This document shows, piece after piece, positions 27,971-36,403 of a stretch of DNA of 64,000 nt. The first letter of the stretch is position 1; the number at the start of each line of letters is the position of its first letter. Source of the DNA: Christensenellaceae bacterium. GTDB lineage: Bacteria > Bacillota > Clostridia > Christensenellales > Borkfalkiaceae. The stretch spans positions 4,380-68,379 of the forward strand of contig JAZUCS010000011.1 in NCBI GenBank assembly GCA_045639245.1. The letters are read 5' to 3'. The position numbers were made by a program, and so were the translations under genes. Below the pieces are notes generated by a model. That model was not told the DNA's origin. It was given only the letters and a program-made list of their open reading frames with translations, and searched no databases.

Positions 27971-29188
27971 TTATCTAATGCCGTATTTTTCTATAATGTA
28001 GTCCATATCCTTGTCGCCACGACCAGATAAACATACCAAAATTGAGCCTTTGCCCATTTTTTTTGCAAGCTTAATTGCATAAGCGACTGCGTGTGAACTT
28101 TCTATTGCAGGTATAATACCTTCTAAACGAGAAAGGGTGTAGAAAGCATCAATCGTATCATCGTCTCCAATAACATCATAGGTAACTCTTCCAATGTCGT
28201 GGAGGAAAGCGTGTTCAGGACCACTTGAGGGGTAATCTAAACCACTTGCAACCGAATATACGGGGGCAGGTTCACCATCCTTATCCTTAAGCATTATGCT
28301 GTTAAATCCGTGCATTACACCTTCTGTACCGTACTTTAAGCTTGCAGCGTGGTCGCCAAGTTTTTCGCCTCTGCCAAGAGGTTCAACACCGTATATATCA
28401 ACGGGGTCGTTTAGGAAGCCCGAGAACATACCCATTGCATTAGAGCCACCACCAACACAAGCTACAACTGCATCTGGAAGCTCGCCTGTCATTTCAACAA
28501 ACTGTTCTCTCGCTTCAATACCAACTACGCTTTGGAAATCTCTAACCATCATGGGGAATGGGTGGGGACCAACTACCGAGCCTATGCAATAAATAGCGTC
28601 TTTATATTCGTTGCAATATGCTGCAAATGCAGCGTCTACTGCCTCTTTTAAGGTCGCTAGGCCGTGGGTGACTTCCTTTACATTTGCACCCAAAATTTTC
28701 ATTCTGGCAACGTTGGGGGCTTGCTTCTTAATATCAACAGAGCCCATATAAATATCGCACTCTAGCCCAAAATATGCAGCTGCAGTTGCGAGAGCAACAC
28801 CGTGTTGACCTGCGCCAGTTTCTGCAATAACCTTCTTTTTGCCCATATATTTTGCGAGAAGTGCTTCACCCATGCAATGGTTAAGTTTGTGTGCACCCGT
28901 ATGGTTTAAGTCCTCTCTCTTAACATAGATTTGTACGTTGCCGATTTTGTTTGATAATCTCTCTAAATAGGAAATAGGGGTTGGTCTACCTTGGAATTCC
29001 TTTCTGATTTTTCTAAGTTCGCTTATAAACTTAGAAGATTTACAAATGGTGTTGTAGGCAACGTTAATTTCTTCCATAGCCTTTTTAAGCTCGTCAGAAA
29101 TAAACGCTCCACCATATCTGCCGTAAAACCCGTCTTTATCGGGGAAATTCTTAAAATAAGTATCAAAATCTATTCCGTTAAACTTCAT
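27971..29188 (-). CDS. trpB: Tryptophan synthase beta chain (stand-alone)
   Basis: 405 aa. Contains [26 protein letters not shown] (PLP-lysine region), [10 protein letters not shown] and [19 protein letters not shown]. No trpA in the window. Confidence 0.9.
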   Translation of the reverse strand: MKFNGIDFDTYFKNFPDKDGFYGRYGGAFISDELKKAMEEINVAYNTICKSSKFISELRKIRKEFQGRPTPISYLERLSNKIGNVQIYVKREDLNHTGAHKLNHCMGEALLAKYMGKKKVIAETGAGQHGVALATAAAYFGLECDIYMGSVDIKKQAPNVARMKILGANVKEVTHGLATLKEAVDAAFAAYCNEYKDAIYCIGSVVGPHPFPMMVRDFQSVVGIEAREQFVEMTGELPDAVVACVGGGSNAMGMFSGFLNDPVDIYGVEPLGRGEKLGDHAASLKYGTEGVMHGFNSIMLKDKDGEPAPVYSVASGLDYPSSGPEHAFLHDIGRVTYDVIGDDDTIDAFYTLSRLEGIIPAIESSHAVAYAIKLAKKMGKGSILVCLSGRGDKDMDYIIEKYGIR

Positions 29189-29285
29189 AATAATTCTCCT
29201 TAAAATTTGTTTTTTGTTTTGTGGTTAGCTTTTAACTGTTATACGCCATCGTTTAGATAAAATAAACATGAATTTACCCTTCCTA

Positions 29286-29550
29286 ATAAAAAAATCCTCG
29301 GCAGAAAATCTGCCAAGGACGAATATTTTTTATCCGCGGTGCCACCTTGATTTATACCTTTTGGTATACGCTTTTAAGATACTGTCATATCCTTGACTTT
29401 TAACGGAAGCCTCCCGTCGCACCATACTAAGATTAAATCTTTTCCTTTGCGCCCTCAACGGTCCATTTGCTTGACAGTTACTAACCCGACTCTCAGCATC
29501 GCGGGCTCTCTGTGTAGTCTTTTCAAACTTTATCTCCGTTTCAACGGTTT
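29286..29550 (-). promoter_or_regulatory. T-box leader (tRNA-sensing riboswitch) with Trp UGG specifier, controlling trpB
   Basis: Minus-strand reading gives AGAGAG, then GGGUUAGUAAC (distal loop), then GCAAAUGGAC (specifier UGG at 29463-29465 followed by A). Further on is the conserved T-box AAAUCAAGGUGGCACCGCGG (29334-29353). The terminator CCUUGGCAG/CUGCCGAGG plus U7 lies at 29288-29319. Confidence 0.8.
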
Positions 29551-29600
29551 TTTAAAATATAACATTATTTATATTATTTGTCAATTATTTTAGCCTTTTT

Positions 29601-30974
29601 TTAGTTTTTAGCTTCTAAAATTTTTCTAGCAACGAAAACTCCACTAGCAGAAGCGTGTGAAAGGGAGTGGGTTACGCCACTTCCGTCACCGATAACGTAA
29701 AGACCTTTAAGGCGAGTTTCGAGGTTTTCGTCAATTTCAACTTCCATATTATAAAACTTAACTTCAACTCCGTATAGAAGTGTGTCGTCGTTAGCTGTAC
29801 CTGGTGCAACCTTGTCTAGAGCGTAAATCATTTCAATGATTCCGTCAAGAATACGTTTAGGCAATACTAAACTTAGGTCGCCTGGGGTTGCTGAGAGGGT
29901 GGGAACAGTTGTGCACTCTATAATACGTTTTTCCGTGCTTCTTCTTCCACGAATTAAATCGCCAAATCTTTGAACTATTACGCCACCTCCAAGCATGTTT
30001 GAAAGCCTAGCAATGCTCTCTGCATACCCATTGCTATCTTTAAATGGTTCAGAAAAGTGCTTGGAAACTAGTAGGGCAAAGTTTGTGTTTTTAGTTTTCA
30101 TTTTAGGGTCTTCGTAACTATGCCCGTTAACCGTTACTATTCCGTTTGTGTTTTCGTTAACGACTATGCCGTTGGGGTTCATGCAGAATGTGCGAACAGC
30201 GTCCTCAAACTTTTCTGTACGGTAAACGATTTTGCTTTCATATAGCTCGTCGGTAAGCTCCGAGAAAATTTCTGCAGGAATTTCCACCCTTACACCGATA
30301 TCCACACGGTTAGATTTAGTGGGGATTTGAAGTTTTTTGCAGAGTTTTTCCATCCAGCTACTGCCACTTCTTCCAACTGAAACAATACATTTGTCGCACT
30401 TAAATTCGTTAACTGCAGTGGTCACATTGTATCCTTGTTCAGCCTTGGAAATATCAGTTACTGGCATATTAAAGTAAAAATCAACCCTTTCTTTTAAGAA
30501 ATCGAAAATATTTTCAAGCACAACGTAATTGATGTCCGTTCCAAGATGACGAACTTGTGCATCTAAAAGGTTAAGTTTGTTTTGTAAACAAACTTTCTTT
30601 AATCTAGTGCCTGCGGTGGAATACATTTTGGTACCTTTTCCACCGTATTGCATATTGAGTTCGTCAACGTAGTTCATAAGAGAAAGAGCTTCTTTTTTGC
30701 CAATGTGCTCGTGTAGAGTGCCACCAAAATCGTTGGTTATATTATATTTACCGTCTGAAAATGCTCCTGCACCACCAAAGCCTGACATTATAGAACAGGT
30801 TTTGCATTTAATACAAGCTTTAACTTCTTCACCATCAATAGGGCACGACCTATTTGATAATGAGTGCCCTGCTTCAATTACAGCGACCTTTAAATCAGGC
30901 GAGGATTTTATAAGTTCGTATGATGCGAATATGCCACCAGGTCCTGCGCCAACAATAATTACGTCGTATTTCAT
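29601..30974 (-). CDS. FAD-dependent oxidoreductase (COG2509-type)
   Basis: Start moved to the ATG at 30974 (AAGGAGAAAATT upstream), giving MKYDVIIVGAGPGGIFAS (Rossmann GxGxxG). The C-terminal LYVIGDGSG is typical of this flavoprotein family. Confidence 0.75.
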   Translation of the reverse strand: MKYDVIIVGAGPGGIFASYELIKSSPDLKVAVIEAGHSLSNRSCPIDGEEVKACIKCKTCSIMSGFGGAGAFSDGKYNITNDFGGTLHEHIGKKEALSLMNYVDELNMQYGGKGTKMYSTAGTRLKKVCLQNKLNLLDAQVRHLGTDINYVVLENIFDFLKERVDFYFNMPVTDISKAEQGYNVTTAVNEFKCDKCIVSVGRSGSSWMEKLCKKLQIPTKSNRVDIGVRVEIPAEIFSELTDELYESKIVYRTEKFEDAVRTFCMNPNGIVVNENTNGIVTVNGHSYEDPKMKTKNTNFALLVSKHFSEPFKDSNGYAESIARLSNMLGGGVIVQRFGDLIRGRRSTEKRIIECTTVPTLSATPGDLSLVLPKRILDGIIEMIYALDKVAPGTANDDTLLYGVEVKFYNMEVEIDENLETRLKGLYVIGDGSGVTHSLSHASASGVFVARKILEAKN

Positions 30975-31132
30975 AATTTTCTCCTTGCAATAGAGTGTCT
31001 TCAAACTTAATTATTATAGCATAGTTATCTCTTTTTTGCAATATTTTTATTTTTTTTAAAATAACTATTTTATCTTTTACGATTTTATGTTATACTATAC
31101 AAGTAATATTATGTAGTAGGAGAATCTGTTTC

Positions 31133-31330
31133 GTGAAAGTTTCCCTTAATCCTGATAAGGAAATCGTTAACACGGTTAGAGAAGGCTTGAAAGCTAAGGG
31201 TGGTTATTGCCCTTGTAAGGTCGGTAAGAGCGAGGATATCAAATGTCAATGTAAGGAATTTAGAGAACAAATTGCCGACCCCAATTTTGAAGGCTTCTGT
31301 CACTGTAAACTGTTTTATAAAGAAAAATAA
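31133..31330 (+). CDS. Small ferredoxin-thioredoxin-reductase catalytic-subunit-like protein (three CxC motifs)
   Basis: 65 aa, GTG start 10 nt after AGGAGA. CPC-x10-CQC-x15-CHC mirrors the CPC...C.C...CHC cluster and disulfide motif of FTR catalytic subunits, but the protein is much shorter. Confidence 0.55.
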   Translation: MKVSLNPDKEIVNTVREGLKAKGGYCPCKVGKSEDIKCQCKEFREQIADPNFEGFCHCKLFYKEK

Positions 31331-31357
31331 AAAATCCCAACTGTGAAATTACAGTTG
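31331..31357 (-). terminator. Hairpin plus U-run that reads as an intrinsic terminator on the minus strand (weakly bidirectional)
   Basis: CAACTGT (31338-31344) pairs with ACAGTTG (31351-31357). The minus strand continues GGGATTTTTTATTTTT, whereas the plus strand continues AGATTT only. Confidence 0.45.
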
Positions 31358-31442
31358 AGATTTAGCAGGGGAGCTTGACTCGGGCGAAGCCCTGCGTAAT
31401 GAAATGGAGCAGTCAGCAACCGGGTGAGGTTGCGTGATTGAA

Positions 31443-31479
31443 ACGAAAAAATAGCACCAAGTAAAAATACTTGATGCTA
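31443..31479 (-). terminator. Rho-independent terminator downstream of tRNA-Trp
   Basis: Minus strand reads AGCATCAAGTA-TTTT-TACTTGGTGCT (11 bp, one mismatch) followed by ATTTTTT. Confidence 0.6.
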
Positions 31480-31481
31480 CG

Positions 31482-31557
31482 TGGCAGGGGAGACGCGACT
31501 CGAACACGCAACCGGCGGTTTTGGAGACCGCTGCTCTACCAATTGAGCCACTCCCCT
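31482..31557 (-). tRNA. trnW: tRNA-Trp (anticodon CCA), 3' CCA encoded
   Basis: Minus strand reads AGGGGAGTGGCTCAATTGGTAGAGCAGCGGTCTCCAAAACCGCCGGTTGCGTGTTCGAGTCGCGTCTCCCCTGCCA. It has a 7-bp acceptor stem, D-loop AATTGGTA, anticodon loop CUCCAAA and T-loop GTTCGAGTC. Length 76 nt. Confidence 0.92.
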
Positions 31558-31614
31558 AAAAGCATATTGATTATATAACAAAACAAAACTTTAGTCAAAT
31601 AAAATGAGGCAAAA

Positions 31615-32418
31615 ATGAAAAAGAATTTTAAATTAGGTGTGATAGGTGCTGGGTTTATGGCAAACGCCATTATTAAGGGCGTGTTGAATTCGGGGGTGAT
31701 GCTTCCCGAAGATATATTTGTTAGTGATATTAATGCCGATTCTCTTGAAAAATTAAAAAACGCCGGCATAAACGTAACGTTAGATAATTCAGAGGTGTTT
31801 GCTAATTCCGAATATGTGTTGCTTGCCGTTAAACCCCAGACCTTTGTTTCTATGGAAAAAATTAATGCAGATAAAGTTAGTAAGGTAATTTCTATTATGG
31901 CAGGCGTAAACAAGGGCAAAATAAAGCAGACCTTTGTAAATGCTAAAGTGGTTAGGTGTATGCCGAACACGCCTGTATCGGTCGGTTTCGGGGCTGTAGG
32001 GATAGATTCGAGCGATTTTGTAGAGGAAAATGATGTTGAGTTTATTAAAAGTTTATTTTGTTCCGTTGCAAAGGTGGTTTTTGTTGATGAAAATAAGCTT
32101 TCAGCTGTTACTGGTGTTAGTGGAAGCTCACCTGCTTACTTTTATCTTTTTGCTAAATCTTTAATTGAGGCAGGGGTTAAGGAAGGTTTGTCTGCTTCAG
32201 ATGCTGAAACATTGGTTTTAGCGACCATGAAGGGTGCTTCAGTTATGATGGAGAATAGGGGCGAAAAAACTCTTGATGATTTAATTACTGCTGTATGTAG
32301 CAAGGGTGGCACGACCATAGAAGCAATGAAAGTTTTCGAAGAAGGAAATCTCTTAAACATCAGTCAAAAAGCCGTTAATGCCTGTGTTAATAGGGCAAAC
32401 GAATTGGAAAAACTATGA
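31615..32418 (+). CDS. proC: Pyrroline-5-carboxylate reductase
   Basis: 267 aa. GVIGAGFMANAI (NADP Rossmann), VRCMPNTP and SSPAYFYLF are typical ProC segments. Confidence 0.88.
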   Translation: MKKNFKLGVIGAGFMANAIIKGVLNSGVMLPEDIFVSDINADSLEKLKNAGINVTLDNSEVFANSEYVLLAVKPQTFVSMEKINADKVSKVISIMAGVNKGKIKQTFVNAKVVRCMPNTPVSVGFGAVGIDSSDFVEENDVEFIKSLFCSVAKVVFVDENKLSAVTGVSGSSPAYFYLFAKSLIEAGVKEGLSASDAETLVLATMKGASVMMENRGEKTLDDLITAVCSKGGTTIEAMKVFEEGNLLNISQKAVNACVNRANELEKL

Positions 32419-32852
32419 AAAAATTAGTTGACGTGTATACAGACGGTGCGTGTAGTGGTAACCCAGGAAAAGGTGGCTATTGCGCCATATTAATCTATGG
32501 AGAGGCTGAGAAAGTGATTTCAGGCTTTGAAAACGACACTACAAATAATCGAATGGAGCTTTTAGCAGTAATTAAAGGTCTCGAGGCGTTAAAAGAGCCG
32601 TGCAGAGTTAATTTGTACAGCGATTCAAGATACGTTATCGATGCGTTTAACGAGGGCTGGATTGAGGCTTGGCAAGATAATGGATGGAAAACTTCTGGTA
32701 AAAAGGAAGTGAAAAACGTTGATTTGTGGCAAAGTTTGTTATTGCTTACTGCTCGCCACGAGGTAAATTTTATAAAGGTTAAGGGACACGCTGATAATCC
32801 CTACAACAACAGGTGTGATAAAATTGCCGTAGAACAGTATAAAAACAACTAA
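32415..32852 (+). CDS. rnhA: Ribonuclease HI
   Basis: 145 aa. Contains YTDGACSGNPG (Asp), NNRMEL (Glu), YSDSRYV (Asp) and VKGHADNPYNNRCDKIA (His/Asp). Overlaps the proC stop (ATGA). Confidence 0.9.
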   Translation: MKKLVDVYTDGACSGNPGKGGYCAILIYGEAEKVISGFENDTTNNRMELLAVIKGLEALKEPCRVNLYSDSRYVIDAFNEGWIEAWQDNGWKTSGKKEVKNVDLWQSLLLLTARHEVNFIKVKGHADNPYNNRCDKIAVEQYKNN

Positions 32853-32894
32853 ATAGGTGCTTAGTTCCTTGTTTTACATAATATACATATTATT

Positions 32895-33800
32895 ATGAAA
32901 AACTTTGTAGTTAGTTTGTTTAATTGTTTTTTTGCTATTCTTTTGCCTTTTTTTATAAATTTTTTTGCGCTATATTTTTTTATAGTTTCGTTAGATTTTT
33001 TGCCCTTTGACTTTGTTAGGGATAATAGAGAGTTAGTTTGCTTTTCTCTACTTGTCTTATTTTTAATACTAAACCTTAGCTATTTACTTTTTTACAGAAT
33101 TAGGTTTCGCTTGGTTTATAAATTTATATTCCTAGCATCCATTCTTCTTCTTTTAGTAGTGGTGGCGTATTGCTTATTAGTTTCAACTAAGTTTTTAGAA
33201 AAATTTAAGTCTATTGAAGATTTTAGGGCTTATGTTTCTTCGTTTGGGAGTGCATCTGTAATTATATTTATAATTTTACAAATTTTGCAGGTTGTTATTC
33301 TTCCGATACCTTCGCTGATAACTACTGGTTCTGGGATATTGTTGTTTGGTGTGTTTAAAGGTGCTCTTTTTAGTGTTGTAGGGATAGTTTTCGGTTCAAT
33401 TTTTGCCTTTTTTATAGGTAGAATTTTTGGCTATAAGGCTGTTAAATGGTTAGTTGGGGAAGAAGCTTTGAATAAAGCGTTAAAGTCAATCGCCGGTGCT
33501 GACAAGGTTTTAATTGCGTTTATGCTGTTATTTCCGTTTTTCCCCGACGATTTATTGTGTTTTGTTTCAGGAATAACAACAGTTAGTCCATTGTTTTTTA
33601 TTTTTACGGTTTTGGTAACGAGAACAATTGCAGTGTTTTTTTCTTCCTTGTCAATTAGCAATAATTTAATTCCGTTTAATACGTGGTGGGGGATTTTGCT
33701 GTGGGTAATATTCTTTATTTTTACAGCTCTATTAACTTTTTATTTATCTTCTCACGGTAGAAAAATTGAAGAAAAACTTTTAAAACACAAAACAAAATAA
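32895..33800 (+). CDS. TVP38/TMEM64 (SNARE-associated, DedA-related) membrane protein with extra N-terminal helices
   Basis: 301 aa, polytopic. VILPIPSLITTGSGILLFG and FFPDDLLCFVSGIT resemble the family core. Confidence 0.65.
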   Translation: MKNFVVSLFNCFFAILLPFFINFFALYFFIVSLDFLPFDFVRDNRELVCFSLLVLFLILNLSYLLFYRIRFRLVYKFIFLASILLLLVVVAYCLLVSTKFLEKFKSIEDFRAYVSSFGSASVIIFIILQILQVVILPIPSLITTGSGILLFGVFKGALFSVVGIVFGSIFAFFIGRIFGYKAVKWLVGEEALNKALKSIAGADKVLIAFMLLFPFFPDDLLCFVSGITTVSPLFFIFTVLVTRTIAVFFSSLSISNNLIPFNTWWGILLWVIFFIFTALLTFYLSSHGRKIEEKLLKHKTK

Positions 33801-33851
33801 AATTAGAAAAAATCAGGCGAATTAACACTTGATTATGTCACGCATAAAATT

Positions 33852-35072
33852 ATGAAAACAGTTATAGTAATTGGTGGAGGCGCATCGGGAATGATGGCTG
33901 CGCTCTGCTCTGCAAAGTTAAATAACAAGGTAATACTTTTAGAGAAAAACGAAAAGCTTGGAAAGAAAATTTACATTACAGGAAAGGGTAGGTGTAATCT
34001 CACTAACGACACTCTTCCCGAGAATTTTTTTAAGAACGTAGTTACTAACCCTAAGTTTTTATTCTCCAGCATTTATTCTTTTACGCCCAGCGACACGATG
34101 AATTTTTTTAACGATATCGGTTTAAGCTTAACGGTTGAAAGGGGAAATAGGGTTTTTCCGTCCAGTAACAAGGCTAGTGACGTTACAAAATATCTTGAAA
34201 AAGAATTAGTAAAACACGGTGTTGATATTAGGCTTAACACCACCGTCTTAAACGTAAAGGTTGCTGACGGCGTCGTTACAGGTGTTGAGACTGATAAAGG
34301 CGAGCTTTTCTGTGATTCTTTAATTGTTGCAACGGGAGGCGTTTCCTATCCTTCTACTGGAAGCACGGGAGATGGATACGAATTTGCAAAAAAGACGGGT
34401 CATCAAATTGTTTCTCCAAAGCCCTCACTTGTTGGCATTGAACTTTTCGGCAGTGATTTTCTTGCTTTGCAAGGTTTATCGCTGAAAAACGTTTCACTTT
34501 CAGTTAAGGTTGATAATAAACAGATATTTAATGATTTTGGTGAAATGCTTTTTACTCATTACGGGATGTCTGGTCCTATCGTATTATCCTCCTCTTGTTT
34601 TTTAAACAAGGTGAGCCTTAACGATTGTTTTATTGAAATAGATTTAAAACCTGCGCTTAGCGATGAGGTTTTGGGCGCTAGACTTATAAGAGAATTTACT
34701 GAAAATCGCAATAAAAACGTTGGGGTAGCCGTTAGGTCGTTGGTTCCGTTGTCGCTTGTTGAGTTGATTCTTGTTAGGGCTAATATTTCTAAATCTAAAA
34801 AGTGTGCAGAAGTGACTAAGGAAGAGCGAAACAATTTAATTAAAACCTTAAAAAAACTATCCTTTAAGGTTAAAAAGTTGCGCCCGATAGAAGAAGCTGT
34901 GGTAACGTCTGGGGGAGTTTCTGTAAAGAACGTTAATCCGGCAACTATGGAAAGTAAGATTGTAAAAGGGTTATATTTTTGTGGCGAGGTAATTGACGTT
35001 GATGCTTTTACTGGTGGCTTTAACCTCCAAATTGCTTTTTCTACGGGTTTTCTTGCTGGAAATAATGCTTGA
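33852..35072 (+). CDS. HI0933/BaiN-family NAD(P)/FAD-dependent oxidoreductase
   Basis: 406 aa. Contains VIGGGASGMMAA, GKKIYITGKGRCNLTN and the C-terminal GEVIDVDAFTGGFNLQIAFSTG. Confidence 0.85.
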   Translation: MKTVIVIGGGASGMMAALCSAKLNNKVILLEKNEKLGKKIYITGKGRCNLTNDTLPENFFKNVVTNPKFLFSSIYSFTPSDTMNFFNDIGLSLTVERGNRVFPSSNKASDVTKYLEKELVKHGVDIRLNTTVLNVKVADGVVTGVETDKGELFCDSLIVATGGVSYPSTGSTGDGYEFAKKTGHQIVSPKPSLVGIELFGSDFLALQGLSLKNVSLSVKVDNKQIFNDFGEMLFTHYGMSGPIVLSSSCFLNKVSLNDCFIEIDLKPALSDEVLGARLIREFTENRNKNVGVAVRSLVPLSLVELILVRANISKSKKCAEVTKEERNNLIKTLKKLSFKVKKLRPIEEAVVTSGGVSVKNVNPATMESKIVKGLYFCGEVIDVDAFTGGFNLQIAFSTGFLAGNNA

Positions 35073-35117
35073 AAAAGGTTGCAAAATTTGTTATAATATA
35101 CTAAAGAGGTGTTTTCT

Positions 35118-35780
35118 ATGGGTAAAATAATTACTATTGCTCTTGACGGGCCTTCGGGAAGTGGCAAGAGTACTATTGCAAAAAGATTGTCAAACAAGTT
35201 GAATATTTTGTATCTTGATACTGGTGCAATGTATCGCGCTACTGCGCTTAAAGCGTTAAAGCTTGGCATTGATACGTTTGATACAAATGGGGTTGAAACG
35301 TTTATTCACGATATCGACCTTGATATAAAGTATATTGACGGTGCTCAACACACTTATCTTGACGGTGAGGACGTTTCTGATAAAATTAGAGAGCCACAGG
35401 TGTCTATGGCTGCGTCAAACATATCTAGTTTAAAGCCTGTTAGACTTAAAATGGTTGATATGCAGAGAAAGATTGCTGCAGGCATTTCTTGCGTGCTTGA
35501 CGGCAGAGATATCGGCTCTTACGTTTTGCCAAATGCAGAGTTTAAGTTCTATATTACTGCTAGTGTTTCCGTTCGTGCTGACAGGAGATTCAAAGAGCTT
35601 AAGCTTAAAGGTCACGAGGTTGATTATGAGGCGTTAAAGCAGGAAATTGAACAACGTGATTATAATGATAAAAACAGGGATTTTGCACCACTAAAAAAGG
35701 CTGATGACGCTGTTGAAATTGATACGTCGTTTATGACTATTGAGCAAGTAATAAATAAGGTTTTAAGCTATATCAAATAA
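35118..35780 (+). CDS. cmk: Cytidylate kinase
   Basis: ATG at 35118 follows AAAGAGGTG. IALDGPSGSGKST (P-loop) and LDTGAMYR are canonical Cmk segments. Confidence 0.92.
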   Translation: MGKIITIALDGPSGSGKSTIAKRLSNKLNILYLDTGAMYRATALKALKLGIDTFDTNGVETFIHDIDLDIKYIDGAQHTYLDGEDVSDKIREPQVSMAASNISSLKPVRLKMVDMQRKIAAGISCVLDGRDIGSYVLPNAEFKFYITASVSVRADRRFKELKLKGHEVDYEALKQEIEQRDYNDKNRDFAPLKKADDAVEIDTSFMTIEQVINKVLSYIK

Positions 35781-36403
35781 TGAAATTAAATGCTTTTAAA
35801 AGAGGTTTTTTAAAATTTGTTTCAGCAATTTTTTATCCTGTAAAAATATATGGAAAAGAAAATTTACCAGAGGGTGGAGCTGTAGTCGTTTGTAACCATT
35901 TTAGTATTATTGACTGCATTTATCTCGTTAAGCTTAACGTTAAGGAAGACTATTCAATAATTGCAAAAAAGGAAATTCTTAAAAGTAAGCTTGGTGGCAA
36001 AATTCTTTTAAGCTATGGCGCTGTTCCGATTGATAGGGATAATCCTGACCTTAAAACGCTTTTGTCAATAATAAAAAAATTAAAAAGTGGCGAAAAGATT
36101 TTGGTTTTCCCAGAAGGAACAAGAAACAAAACGGGAACGAACGTATTGCAACCTATTAAGGGTGGCTCGGTAGTTTTTGCTGTTCGCGCAAAAAAACCTA
36201 TAGTTCCTGTTATGATATATAGAAAGGCAGGTCTTTTTTCCAGAAATAAAATGATTGTTGGTAAGCCGTTTGAATTAACTGAGTTTTATGATAAAAAATG
36301 CTGTGAAGAAGACTATGAACTAATGGCTAAAGTAGTTTACGATAAAATGGTAAAAGAACAAGAAAAGCTTATTGAATTTGTTGAAAAAAAGAAGAAAAAA
36401 TGA
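35780..36403 (+). CDS. plsC: 1-acyl-sn-glycerol-3-phosphate acyltransferase
   Basis: 207 aa. Has the NHFSIIDC (HxxxxD) and FPEGTR acyltransferase motifs. Confidence 0.85.
   Translation: MKLNAFKRGFLKFVSAIFYPVKIYGKENLPEGGAVVVCNHFSIIDCIYLVKLNVKEDYSIIAKKEILKSKLGGKILLSYGAVPIDRDNPDLKTLLSIIKKLKSGEKILVFPEGTRNKTGTNVLQPIKGGSVVFAVRAKKPIVPVMIYRKAGLFSRNKMIVGKPFELTEFYDKKCCEEDYELMAKVVYDKMVKEQEKLIEFVEKKKKK

Noticed and set aside
29225-29269. 14-codon minus-strand mini-ORF (MFILSKRWRITVKS) with one Trp codon, between the T-box terminator and trpB
   Set aside because: I considered it as a Trp leader peptide. It has a single Trp codon, lies downstream of the terminator rather than overlapping it, and a T-box already explains regulation. 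It is probably fortuitous.
29393-29593. 66-aa plus-strand ORF in the trpB upstream region
   Set aside because: It lies antisense to the T-box leader, and the region is better explained as a structured RNA on the minus strand.
31536-31970. 144-aa minus-strand ORF overlapping proC and the tRNA-Trp gene
   Set aside because: It overlaps a well-supported proC and runs into a tRNA gene. Its hydrophobic composition is typical of antisense reading of an AT-rich gene.
34559-35269. 236-aa minus-strand ORF spanning the end of the HI0933-like gene and the start of cmk
   Set aside because: It lies antisense to two strongly supported + strand genes and crosses their intergenic gap. It has low-complexity composition, no RBS and no recognisable motif. 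It is most likely a chance open frame.
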